DNA from: Chitinophagales bacterium | GTDB taxonomy: Bacteria > Bacteroidota > Bacteroidia > Chitinophagales > JABDMM01 | Direction of reading: 5' to 3' | Assembly (NCBI GenBank): GCA_013001465.1 | Contig: JABDMM010000039.1 | Location: forward strand, 32,689 to 96,688 | DNA: 64,000 nucleotides | In this document: positions 20,244-29,582 of the stretch, piece by piece | How positions within the stretch are numbered: the first letter of the stretch is position 1 | Layout: every line of letters starts with the position of its first letter | The notes under the pieces: model-generated | Database searches by the model: none | The model's input: only the letters and a program-made list of their open reading frames with translations | What the model was told of the DNA's origin: nothing | Program-made: the position numbers and the translations under genes

Positions 20244-21245
20244 ATGAAAGCGATAATTCCAGTTGCAGGTGCCGGTATACGGCTCAGACCGCACACATTC
20301 ACACAGCCTAAAGCCCTTATTCCTGTTGCAGGAAAACCGATACTCGGTTTTATAATCGATCAATTGTCCGAAGTTGGAGTGACTGATTTTGTGTTTGTTA
20401 TAGGCTATTTGGGTGAAAAGATCAAGAGCTATGTCGAGCATAAACATCCCGAGATCAATGCCTCTTTTGTACACCAGTTAAGTATCGAAGGACTAGGTCA
20501 TGCAATCTGGATGGCACGTACAGAAATTGAAGAAAATGAAGAGATTATAATAGTTTTAGGTGATACCATAGTAGATACGGATTTTGCAAAAATGATCCAA
20601 ACCGAACATTCTTGCCTTGGTGTAAAGAAAGTGAGCGATCCAAGGCAATTCGGAGTTGCAGAAATTGGCGATAATCATTTGATCACCAAAGTTATAGAAA
20701 AGCCTGAAATTCCGAAATCCAATATGGCACTTGTCGGTGTTTACAGAATCAAGGAATCTGCCGCACTGTTTGATGCTTTATATAGTAACATTGCTAATAG
20801 CAAAAAAACAAATGAAGAGTTTCAATTAACAGATGGCATTCAATCACTTATAGAAGATGGTATAAACTTTGAATCCATTGCGGTAGAAAATTGGTATGAT
20901 CTGGGACAAAAGGAAGTAGTGCTCGAAACAAATGCCACATTGTTGAAAAAATTCGGCGATATGTCGGCAGGAAATGGTTCGTTTGAACAGACAATTATCA
21001 TACCTCCGGTTAGTATTGGAGAAAACACTAAGATATCGAACTCGATCATAGGTCCGAATGTCACTATTGGAGAGAATTCAAACGTAAGCTATGCCATTAT
21101 AAAAGATTCGATATTAGGTGATTATGTCAATATCAATGAAGTAGCTTTGAATGAATCGATCATCGGAAGTGATGCAAGTGTGAAAGGATTCTCCCACAGT
21201 TTGAATATTGGAGATAATACCGAAATAGATCTAAGTGGGGAATAA
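20244..21245 (+). CDS. Sugar-phosphate nucleotidyltransferase with C-terminal left-handed beta-helix
   Basis: N-terminal MKAIIPVAGAGIRLRP...PKALIPV (G-x-G-t-R-l) motif and C-terminal hexapeptide-like repeats. Confidence 0.85.
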   Translation: MKAIIPVAGAGIRLRPHTFTQPKALIPVAGKPILGFIIDQLSEVGVTDFVFVIGYLGEKIKSYVEHKHPEINASFVHQLSIEGLGHAIWMARTEIEENEEIIIVLGDTIVDTDFAKMIQTEHSCLGVKKVSDPRQFGVAEIGDNHLITKVIEKPEIPKSNMALVGVYRIKESAALFDALYSNIANSKKTNEEFQLTDGIQSLIEDGINFESIAVENWYDLGQKEVVLETNATLLKKFGDMSAGNGSFEQTIIIPPVSIGENTKISNSIIGPNVTIGENSNVSYAIIKDSILGDYVNINEVALNESIIGSDASVKGFSHSLNIGDNTEIDLSGE

Positions 21246-22185
21246 GATCACATCGCTTTATCAGATTAAGTATCCCATAATTCAGGCTGGGATGGTATGG
21301 TGTGCAGGATGGGAATTAGCTTCTGCAGCAAGTAATGCTGGTGGGCTAGGAATCATAGGCTCAGGTTCTATGTATCCGGATATCCTGGAAGAGCACGTCA
21401 AGAAATGTCAAAAAGCAACAGCAAATCCATTTGCAGTGAACGTTCCTTTGCTGTACCCCGATATCGAGAAGCACATGCAAGTCATCATCAGAAACAAGGT
21501 AAAACATGTCTTCACATCTGCAGGGAATCCTAAAAGTTGGACCTCTATACTTCAAAAGGAAGGAGTTACAGTAACACATGTTGTTCCATCAGTAAAGTTC
21601 GCATTGAAAGCAGAGGAAGCAGGAGTGGATGCAATTGTAGCTGAAGGTTTTGAAGCCGGTGGTCACAATGGACGAGACGAAACGACAACTATGGTTTTGA
21701 TCCCTTTAGTTAGAAAGCAAACCAACTTACCACTTTTAGCTGCAGGAGGAATTGCAGACGGCAGATCGATGCTGGCCGCAATGATATTAGGAGCAGACGG
21801 TGTTCAGATCGGGAGCCGGTTTGCTGCGTGTATCGAATCTTCAGCTCATAATAACTTTAAAGAAGCCATCGTTTCTGCAAAAGAAGGAGATACCATTCTT
21901 ACAATGAAAGATCTTACACCGGTGAGGTTGATCAAAAATAAATTCTATCAGGAAATCCAAAAATTAGAAGATAAGTGTGCCTCAAAAGAAGATCTGGCAG
22001 CTCATCTTGGACGTGGTCGTGCAAAGAAAGGAATGTTTGAAGGCGATCTGGAAAGTGGTGAGTTGGAAATCGGTCAGGTCTCTGCTCATATTTCAGAGAT
22101 AAAATCTGCTGCATCGATCTTGCAAGAGATCTGGGAAGAATACAATGCAGCAATGCAAGACATAAAGAACTTTCCAGCTGAATAG
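21235..22185 (+). CDS. Nitronate monooxygenase / FabK-like FMN oxidoreductase
   Basis: YPIIQAGMVW, EGFEAGGH and AAGGIADGR motifs. GTG start overlaps the upstream gene by 11 nt. Confidence 0.85.
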   Translation: MGNKITSLYQIKYPIIQAGMVWCAGWELASAASNAGGLGIIGSGSMYPDILEEHVKKCQKATANPFAVNVPLLYPDIEKHMQVIIRNKVKHVFTSAGNPKSWTSILQKEGVTVTHVVPSVKFALKAEEAGVDAIVAEGFEAGGHNGRDETTTMVLIPLVRKQTNLPLLAAGGIADGRSMLAAMILGADGVQIGSRFAACIESSAHNNFKEAIVSAKEGDTILTMKDLTPVRLIKNKFYQEIQKLEDKCASKEDLAAHLGRGRAKKGMFEGDLESGELEIGQVSAHISEIKSAASILQEIWEEYNAAMQDIKNFPAE

Positions 22186-22234
22186 GTAATAATTTGATAA
22201 CATTGAATATTGGCTATTTAGATAATAATTGGAA

Positions 22235-22242
22235 TAATTTTG
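22235..22242 (+). promoter_or_regulatory. -7 box TAATTTTG 6 nt upstream of the response-regulator ATG
   Basis: Sequence reads TAATTTTGtatcagATG. Confidence 0.4.
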
Positions 22243-22248
22243 TATCAG

Positions 22249-22932
22249 ATGAATAGAACTGTCGCGGATAAAATACTATTGGTAGATGATGAGCCTGATG
22301 TGCTGGAATTCATGTGCTATAATCTAGAAAAAGAAGGTTTCCAGGTATTTACGGCAGAGAATGGTAAAGAAGGTATCAACGAAGCTATCGATAATGATCC
22401 CGATCTGATCATTCTGGATATTATGATGCCTGAAATGGATGGCATCGAAACTTGCCGTGAATTGAGAAAACTACCTCAATTCGAAAAAACCCTGATCATA
22501 TTTCTTACAGCGAGAGATGAAGACTATTCTCAAATTGCAGGTTTCGAATCTGGTGCAGATGACTATATTACAAAACCGATCAAACCCAGAGTAATGCTCC
22601 GAAGGATCCAGGCATTGTTTCGAAGAGTACAATCCGATCTACCGGGAACAATAATCAAAGTAGGGAACCTGGAAATTGATCCAGACAAGTATTTGGTCAA
22701 TATTGAAGGAAAGGGACTAACGCTTCCAAAAAAAGAGTTTCAACTGCTGAGTTTACTCGCATCTAAACCTGGTCGAGTATTCAAACGCGAGGAAATCCTT
22801 TCAAAAGTTTGGGGTAACGAAACGATCGTTGGGGACAGAACTATCGATGTACATATTCGAAAATTGAGAGAGAAAATTGGCCAGGAGTATATAAAAACGA
22901 TTAAAGGAATTGGTTATAAATTTAATCAATGA
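22249..22932 (+). CDS. OmpR/PhoB-family response regulator
   Basis: Receiver domain (LLVDDEPD, DLIILDIMMP, KP) and a winged-helix C-terminus (GDRTIDVHIRKLREKI, GIGYKF). Confidence 0.92.
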   Translation: MNRTVADKILLVDDEPDVLEFMCYNLEKEGFQVFTAENGKEGINEAIDNDPDLIILDIMMPEMDGIETCRELRKLPQFEKTLIIFLTARDEDYSQIAGFESGADDYITKPIKPRVMLRRIQALFRRVQSDLPGTIIKVGNLEIDPDKYLVNIEGKGLTLPKKEFQLLSLLASKPGRVFKREEILSKVWGNETIVGDRTIDVHIRKLREKIGQEYIKTIKGIGYKFNQ

Positions 22933-23969
22933 AAAACCCCACAAAATGGGACATTGCGATATACGTTTCCTTGCTTACCGCTTTGATCGTACTTATCAGT
23001 CTTTTTGGATTTAAGGCCTATTTCGAGATCCCTACTATTTTTCTAATCACTATTCCGCTGATCACCTTTGTTTCATCCTATTTTCTTGTTGTATACATGG
23101 TCGAGCGTTTTGTTTATCGGAAGATAAAGATCCTTTATAAAACAATACACAATTTAAAGACAGGGAAATCGCTTAAAAAGCAATTTGCTCAGGAAGCGAG
23201 TATGTTGGAAAGTGTCGAACAGGAGGTTCTGGATTATACCAAATCAAAATCCGATGAAATCCTCGAGCTTAAAAAAATGGAACAATACAGGAAAGAGTTT
23301 CTTGGAAATGTATCGCATGAGCTAAAAACTCCAATTTTTAACATTCAAGGTTATATTGATACACTGCTCAATGGAGGCCTTGAGGATGAGAAGATCAATA
23401 AAGACTATTTGCTGAAAGCTTCATATAATGCAGACCGACTATCAAACATCGTTGAAGAACTTATGCTTATTTCACAATATGAATCGGGAGCTTTAGAGCT
23501 CAACTTTAGTGAATTCGATATTAGAAAACTGATCGTTGACCAGTTTGATATTTTTGAGATGCAAGCAGATCTCAAGGACATTAAACTAAAATTTAAAAAA
23601 GGAACCACGAAGCCCGTTAGTGTATATGCAGATAAAAAAAGGGTAACGCAGGTATTGAATAACTTGCTTAGCAATTCCATCAAATACGGTAACGAAGGTG
23701 GTACAACTAGTATTGGAATATACAATATGGAAGAAAATATTCTGGTAGAGGTAAACGACAACGGAAATGGCATTCCCAAGGAGCACCTTCAAAGACTATT
23801 TGAACGATTTTACCGTGTAGATTCAAGCCGATCAAGAGAACTTGGTGGTACGGGTCTTGGACTTTCTATCGTGAAACACATCATTGAAGCACACCAGCAA
23901 ACTATCAGTGTAAGATCGACTGTAGGCAAGGGAACCACTTTTGCATTCAGCCTTAAAAAGGCGCAGTAA
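22929..23969 (+). CDS. Sensor histidine kinase with two closely spaced TM helices (intramembrane-sensing type)
   Basis: HisKA SHELKTP, N box LLSNSIKY, G boxes DNGNGIP and GGTGLGLSIV. ATGA overlap with the response regulator gene. Confidence 0.92.
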   Translation: MKNPTKWDIAIYVSLLTALIVLISLFGFKAYFEIPTIFLITIPLITFVSSYFLVVYMVERFVYRKIKILYKTIHNLKTGKSLKKQFAQEASMLESVEQEVLDYTKSKSDEILELKKMEQYRKEFLGNVSHELKTPIFNIQGYIDTLLNGGLEDEKINKDYLLKASYNADRLSNIVEELMLISQYESGALELNFSEFDIRKLIVDQFDIFEMQADLKDIKLKFKKGTTKPVSVYADKKRVTQVLNNLLSNSIKYGNEGGTTSIGIYNMEENILVEVNDNGNGIPKEHLQRLFERFYRVDSSRSRELGGTGLGLSIVKHIIEAHQQTISVRSTVGKGTTFAFSLKKAQ

Positions 23970-23998
23970 GTTGGCTCGATTTTAGCATTATCTTTATC

Positions 23999-24772
23999 AT
24001 GAGGGTTCTTCTACTTTTCTTATCTCTATCTCTTTTATATTCTTGTAAACCAGAAACTGAGTATGCAAATTTGATCCAATCGCATATTACGGAATCTGTT
24101 TCACATAACGAGTGGGATAAGCTCACGAAAAAGAATGTGAAATCCTCTGGTGAAGTTGATTATCTATCTTTTATAGAAGACTCAATTCGATTTAAATCTT
24201 ACTTGGATCTCTTATCAGTGAATCCACCTTCGGAAGGGTGGTCAAATAATGAAAAGCTTGTTTATTGGATAAATGCATATAATGCTTTCACTGTCCAAAT
24301 CGTTTTGAAGCACTATCCGATCGAAAGTATAACCGATATCAAAACATTTCACATTCCCTTAGTCAATACCGTTTGGCATGATGAATTCATACCTATCGGT
24401 GATCAAAAAATAAGTCTGAATCATATAGAACACGGTATTCTGCGAAAAGAGTTTAATGATCCAAGGATCCACTTTGCGATCAACTGTGCCAGCCTATCTT
24501 GTCCTAAATTAAGAAACGAAGCCTATCGTTCAGAACAAATTGATAAACAATTAGATGATCAGGCTCATGCCTTCTTTAATGATACTGGGAAAAACGAGTT
24601 CTCGGTTGACAGAGTTGAAGTAAGTCGGATCTTCCAATGGTTTCGTAAGGATTTCACCACAGAATCGACACTAATAGCATATCTAAATCGGTATTCTCCC
24701 GTAGAAATAAGGGAAGACGCTACCATATCGTACAAGAAGTACGATTGGAGTTTGAATGAAGCTCGAAAGTAG
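23999..24772 (+). CDS. DUF547-domain lipoprotein
   Basis: Lipobox LLYSC. DUF547 core (WINAYNAFT, HFAINCASLSCPKL, FQWF.KDF). Confidence 0.8.
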   Translation: MRVLLLFLSLSLLYSCKPETEYANLIQSHITESVSHNEWDKLTKKNVKSSGEVDYLSFIEDSIRFKSYLDLLSVNPPSEGWSNNEKLVYWINAYNAFTVQIVLKHYPIESITDIKTFHIPLVNTVWHDEFIPIGDQKISLNHIEHGILRKEFNDPRIHFAINCASLSCPKLRNEAYRSEQIDKQLDDQAHAFFNDTGKNEFSVDRVEVSRIFQWFRKDFTTESTLIAYLNRYSPVEIREDATISYKKYDWSLNEARK

Positions 24773-24784
24773 TGTCTATGCGAA

Positions 24785-27580
24785 ATGAAAACCATCTATT
24801 TAACACTTCTTTTTCTCCTGTTCTCAGGTTTATCAGTTGAGTCGGCCGATATATATGTCGAGTTAACGACTGAAAAGTCCCGAATTCATAAGAGCTATTC
24901 TCATGCTGACCAATACTGGTATGATAACATGGAATATCTCCAAAGTTCTATCAAACCATACGATCTATATCGTCTTAATTTCTTGCTACGCTCTTTTAAC
25001 ACTGAGGAGTTGAATGAGTTATATCAAGATGGCTTTATGGATCATCTCATTTTTTTCACAGCAGGAATTCTCAAATATGAAGCGGAAGAAGGCAAGATCA
25101 TAGACTTCCTCACTGAACATCCAAAGCTTGCTCTATACACCTTCCCGTTTTACTCAGATCAACCATATGCTTTAAAAGCAATAATCAAGTTGTGCAATTT
25201 TATTCCTCAGGAGGTCTTGAAAAAAAGTGAACTGTGGATTACATCGGAAATTGCACAGGTTGTAATTGATAAGCTAGTTGCAACATCTCCAAAGTTACTC
25301 GCGAGGTATATGAATGATGAGAAGTTTTCAAACCTTGTGAAGTCTTCTGAAAATGAACTTACCAATACGTTTAGGGAGTTCTACGAACTTTCAGGGTCGC
25401 TTTCAAATACATATCTTTTGCTGGATCAGTCAATGTCGCCAAACAATTTATCATTTAAGGAAATTTATCAAATCTCATCGAATACAGATGCATTGAGCTC
25501 AAAGTTGGTCGATAATTTTTATAATGGAAGCTATTCTCAGCACTCCATTTCAGAGAATCTAAAAAACAGATCAATCACGATCCTTGAAAAAACAGATACG
25601 CTTTCCTGGGATAGATATTTTGTTTCCTATCTATTGGTAAATGAAAATCTTTCTTTGGAGGAGAATATGTATCATCTGAATGTGTTAAGAAACAGCAACC
25701 GGCAGTTTAAAGTCAATTTCCAGAATCCATTTATGCTCTCTGCTCTTTTCTCAACCATGGATTTAATGGGTCAGTTTGGTTATTATAATCTGTTCAATCA
25801 AATTATATCCTCCAGGTATAGGAATGAACTGGAAAGTAAGTACCTCAACTGTAGAAACCGAAACAGAATACCATATGAAGTCTTCGACCGAAGCTTTAGT
25901 TCTGGCAGCAGCTCCAATGGACTTCGTTTTAAAGAACGGGATCGATTTATTCAACATCTGGGTCGTGATATAGATGCAGCCATGAAAACTTTGAAATACA
26001 TAAGACAGGATCCTATTGCCAGACAATTTTTGGATGAGGTTTGTTCTAAAAGCGCCTATCATATCCTTAGTAATTTCGAAGTTTTCTCGAGAGAACCCTA
26101 CGCGCTGAGGTTTTTGGAAAGAGCTGTACTCGAAGATCCAGCTGCTGCAAAAGAATTCTTATCATCGGATAATTCAGAGGTTCTCCCATATTTGAAGCGG
26201 TGCAGAAATCCTAAAGTTGCTAAGTTGATCCAGCTACATGATAAGTTTGGAATGCTAAGCAATTCATATCTGCTAGCCGATATACTTCTCAAAAATGAAA
26301 TTGATGCAAACGATGCGCATACCACCGGCTTTTACAAAGACCTCCTTTTTAAAAAACTGGTAGAGATCAGACCTGTTGCTACCTTTGGCAAGCAATCTAT
26401 CGACAAACATCTCAGTAATTATGTTTTAAGTAAGATCAGGGAATTGAATGCCCGCATAGATCTACCCGATGAAAAAGAAAGTAACATCAGTAAATTCTCT
26501 TCAGCCGAATTGTATTTCTATATGATTTACGGAGAAGAAGAACTCCTAAGCAATACATTCGATCAATTCTATTCCGGATTTAGTGCTACGCTTTCTCAGA
26601 ACATAGATGAATTTAAAATCCCTGTTAAGAACTTTAGGATCGAGCGCTTTCTGAAAATTTGTGCGCACCACAACGTTTTAAGCGACTTTCTTGATCATTT
26701 CAATACTGCTGAAAGAAAAGTCATGATCGATCACATCTTCGTGCAAGATCTCGACTTGGAGAAATTTGTAGAGATAGCAGAATTGATCGCAGCAATGGAT
26801 GACAGTAAATTCAAAGTAGAGTTGCAGAAAAAGATCGAATCGCAAATGGAGTTGTCTTCCAAAGCAGAAAAGGCGAATCAGTATATAATGCTAACTATTC
26901 TACAGTCTTTGCAAAAAGACACACTAGCAAATAATACCCCGGCATTTAGTATAATCAAATACAGCGACCTGGCTGAGAATGGCACCGTTAGTGGTTTGCA
27001 ATTTTTCTATAACGATTCAGACGGAAAACTATCATATGATGAATTCATCAAAATGTATCGTTCAGACTACAACTGGAAAATAGAAGACCATGATCATTTC
27101 ACTAGAGTATATAGTGTGTCTGGAAAACAAGTTGAGATATTGAGCAATAAGCCATCAAGCGTGGCTGATGGTTATTTTGCTATTCAGGAATATTTAAAAA
27201 GTAAGGATCGAAAGACCAAAATATTCATTCACAGAGGCTATAGTTATCATGTTGAAAAAACGATAAACCATATAGAGCAAAGTGCAAAACTAGTATTTCT
27301 GGGATCTTGCGGTGGATATTATAAAGTAGATGAAGTCATGCAAAAATCTCCGGAGGCTCATGTAATATCAACAAGACAGATTGCAACCCACAACCTGAAC
27401 AATCCTCTAATTTATAAGATCACCGAAGAGCTAAGAAAAAATGAAGAGATAGATTGGAAAGAGTTCTGGAAAGATGCCCAATCTGAATTAAAAAGTAATC
27501 GGATTAACGATTACATCGCCCCACATAAAAATTTCAGTCACCGCCTCATAAATTCTTACTTCGATGTACTGGGTATATAG
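24785..27580 (+). CDS. Large secreted hypothetical protein (931 aa), paralog A of a tandem pair
   Basis: Signal peptide, a mostly helical N-region with an internal duplication, and a C-terminal alpha/beta-like domain carrying HRGYS...GSCGGY. I recognise no known family. Confidence 0.8.
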   Translation: MKTIYLTLLFLLFSGLSVESADIYVELTTEKSRIHKSYSHADQYWYDNMEYLQSSIKPYDLYRLNFLLRSFNTEELNELYQDGFMDHLIFFTAGILKYEAEEGKIIDFLTEHPKLALYTFPFYSDQPYALKAIIKLCNFIPQEVLKKSELWITSEIAQVVIDKLVATSPKLLARYMNDEKFSNLVKSSENELTNTFREFYELSGSLSNTYLLLDQSMSPNNLSFKEIYQISSNTDALSSKLVDNFYNGSYSQHSISENLKNRSITILEKTDTLSWDRYFVSYLLVNENLSLEENMYHLNVLRNSNRQFKVNFQNPFMLSALFSTMDLMGQFGYYNLFNQIISSRYRNELESKYLNCRNRNRIPYEVFDRSFSSGSSSNGLRFKERDRFIQHLGRDIDAAMKTLKYIRQDPIARQFLDEVCSKSAYHILSNFEVFSREPYALRFLERAVLEDPAAAKEFLSSDNSEVLPYLKRCRNPKVAKLIQLHDKFGMLSNSYLLADILLKNEIDANDAHTTGFYKDLLFKKLVEIRPVATFGKQSIDKHLSNYVLSKIRELNARIDLPDEKESNISKFSSAELYFYMIYGEEELLSNTFDQFYSGFSATLSQNIDEFKIPVKNFRIERFLKICAHHNVLSDFLDHFNTAERKVMIDHIFVQDLDLEKFVEIAELIAAMDDSKFKVELQKKIESQMELSSKAEKANQYIMLTILQSLQKDTLANNTPAFSIIKYSDLAENGTVSGLQFFYNDSDGKLSYDEFIKMYRSDYNWKIEDHDHFTRVYSVSGKQVEILSNKPSSVADGYFAIQEYLKSKDRKTKIFIHRGYSYHVEKTINHIEQSAKLVFLGSCGGYYKVDEVMQKSPEAHVISTRQIATHNLNNPLIYKITEELRKNEEIDWKEFWKDAQSELKSNRINDYIAPHKNFSHRLINSYFDVLGI

Positions 27581-29582
27581 TGCACTGCTTATTGGAGCTA
27601 TCCATCTAATTACATTTCCTGTTCCAGCTCAAAGCAACAATTCTGACGATAAAAATTATGAAACTTTGGAGTCCTATGTAAAAGAAATAACTGAGCTCCA
27701 AAGCGGTACGAACTCCAACGTATCTATCAATAATATCAAGCAATTACTTCTTCAGAATAAAAGTGAAGCATTCTTTAAAGCGATGATGGCTTATGAAATT
27801 TTATCAGACATGAAGACTGCAGAAAAAGATCAGACAACTTTCTCTTCTAATCATCTGATCTTCCTCGAAGATTATCTCATACAGCTTAATAAAAGCACGC
27901 TTGATCAATATTTAGAAGAGAATCCATTGCTGGCAATTCATAACTTCAGGTACCTTTCTGCTTATAGTGGTATTGAAAGTTTTCTCGTAAACTATATCTC
28001 TGTATATCCTCTAGATATCTTGAATATTTACCCTGAAATTCAAAAAAGAAATTACAATCTCAAGATCCTGGACAAACTTTGCAGTGTTATTCCGTCTATT
28101 GTTAAAGACTACCTGGGCTCCAATCATATTATCAAACGTGACTTTATGAAGTTGTCTTCTGAAAATGCCAGAGTTTTAAAACAGATCTACCTAAACGATC
28201 CTAATGACAACAAGCTATATGCATTTGCCGAAGAGATAAAAAATAGTAGTTTGACAATTAAGGAAGCGCGATCTATTTGCGATGATAATGGAAGATATTT
28301 CCAGGAGATGGTTAAATCCTTCCTATCAAATGAACATTATATCAGGCACTCTCTAAATGCACTACTCAAAGAAGAAAGTCTAAAGTTGATGAGAGCTCTC
28401 AATGATGATCATATGAACACCAATTTTGAGAGCAGATTCAAACCCGTTTCACACCTGACTTCTCAAGAGCTTTATGTTCTGCTTATCCAGTCTGAAGAGG
28501 AAGTTTTCACTTCTACTTTTAATGGTCTTTATGAAATTTTAACTGCGAAAATTCAGGGAGACGCTACTGCATTTCTATCATCAGTCAACTATAGAGAATT
28601 TAGAAGTTTCTTGAGATTACTGGCATCCTTCGGGAAACTGGAAAACTGGCTTGAGCTGATAAATGACAGTGATCGTTCAGAGCTGCTGAATAGATTTGTA
28701 AGCTCTCTTGAGACTTACCGAACACTAGACGAAGCGATCACAGTGGCAGATGCCATAGGAAGCATTAGTGATGAAATATTAAAAGCAGATCTGAACAGAG
28801 AGATTCAAGATCAGTTTTCTCGCTGCAGACATCATAAACAAGAGCGTGGCATAGCAATTTACAGGGTTCTAAAGAGCTTAGCTTCAATAGATGATCTAAG
28901 TTTATTTCAGGATCAATATGCGATCACTTCAATAGATAAGATCGAAAGAAGTGAGCTGTTCAATTCAAATGGGAAACACATCCAACAGCATTACTTTTAT
29001 GATGATGACGATGGCAGAGAATCCTTTGCATCCTTTATAGCACAATTCTCTTCACAGTGGTTGATATCAGATAAAGGCACATACATCATCATCTCACCGG
29101 TAAGGAATCCTGATATATTGATGTTTGTCAACAAGCCAGAATTCGAAACTGACGGGCATCAAGACATTCGGGAATATCTTATGATAAATAAAATGTCTCC
29201 CCAGGTTATTGTTCATCGAGGGCATAGCTTTTATTCAGACAAGACCATCAGGCACATTGATGCTTCGACTAAGATAGCGATCATTGGCTCTTGTGGCAGT
29301 TACCATAGCATCTACAAAGTTTTAGAGAAATCTGCGGAAATACATGTGATCAGCTCTAAGCAGATCGCAAGTCAGCATGTTAATAATCCTTTGTTATTGT
29401 TATTGGCAAAAGCTATTATGACGGAAAGAGATCTTGAGTGGCCGATATTCTGGGAAGCTTTGAAAACCAATTTAAGTCAGAACCGCTATGCTTCAGAAAA
29501 ATTCGTTGATTATGTTCCTCCACACAAGAATCTGGGAATACTGTTTGTGAGGGCATACGATAAAGTACGGACAGGTCAGTAA
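27564..29582 (+). CDS. Large secreted hypothetical protein (672 aa), paralog B of a tandem pair
   Basis: Hydrophobic N-terminus. Its ATG overlaps the end of paralog A by 17 nt. It shares the helical module, the ELY...SEEE...TSTF motif and the C-terminal HRGHS...GSCGSY domain with paralog A. Confidence 0.8.
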   Translation: MYWVYSALLIGAIHLITFPVPAQSNNSDDKNYETLESYVKEITELQSGTNSNVSINNIKQLLLQNKSEAFFKAMMAYEILSDMKTAEKDQTTFSSNHLIFLEDYLIQLNKSTLDQYLEENPLLAIHNFRYLSAYSGIESFLVNYISVYPLDILNIYPEIQKRNYNLKILDKLCSVIPSIVKDYLGSNHIIKRDFMKLSSENARVLKQIYLNDPNDNKLYAFAEEIKNSSLTIKEARSICDDNGRYFQEMVKSFLSNEHYIRHSLNALLKEESLKLMRALNDDHMNTNFESRFKPVSHLTSQELYVLLIQSEEEVFTSTFNGLYEILTAKIQGDATAFLSSVNYREFRSFLRLLASFGKLENWLELINDSDRSELLNRFVSSLETYRTLDEAITVADAIGSISDEILKADLNREIQDQFSRCRHHKQERGIAIYRVLKSLASIDDLSLFQDQYAITSIDKIERSELFNSNGKHIQQHYFYDDDDGRESFASFIAQFSSQWLISDKGTYIIISPVRNPDILMFVNKPEFETDGHQDIREYLMINKMSPQVIVHRGHSFYSDKTIRHIDASTKIAIIGSCGSYHSIYKVLEKSAEIHVISSKQIASQHVNNPLLLLLAKAIMTERDLEWPIFWEALKTNLSQNRYASEKFVDYVPPHKNLGILFVRAYDKVRTGQ

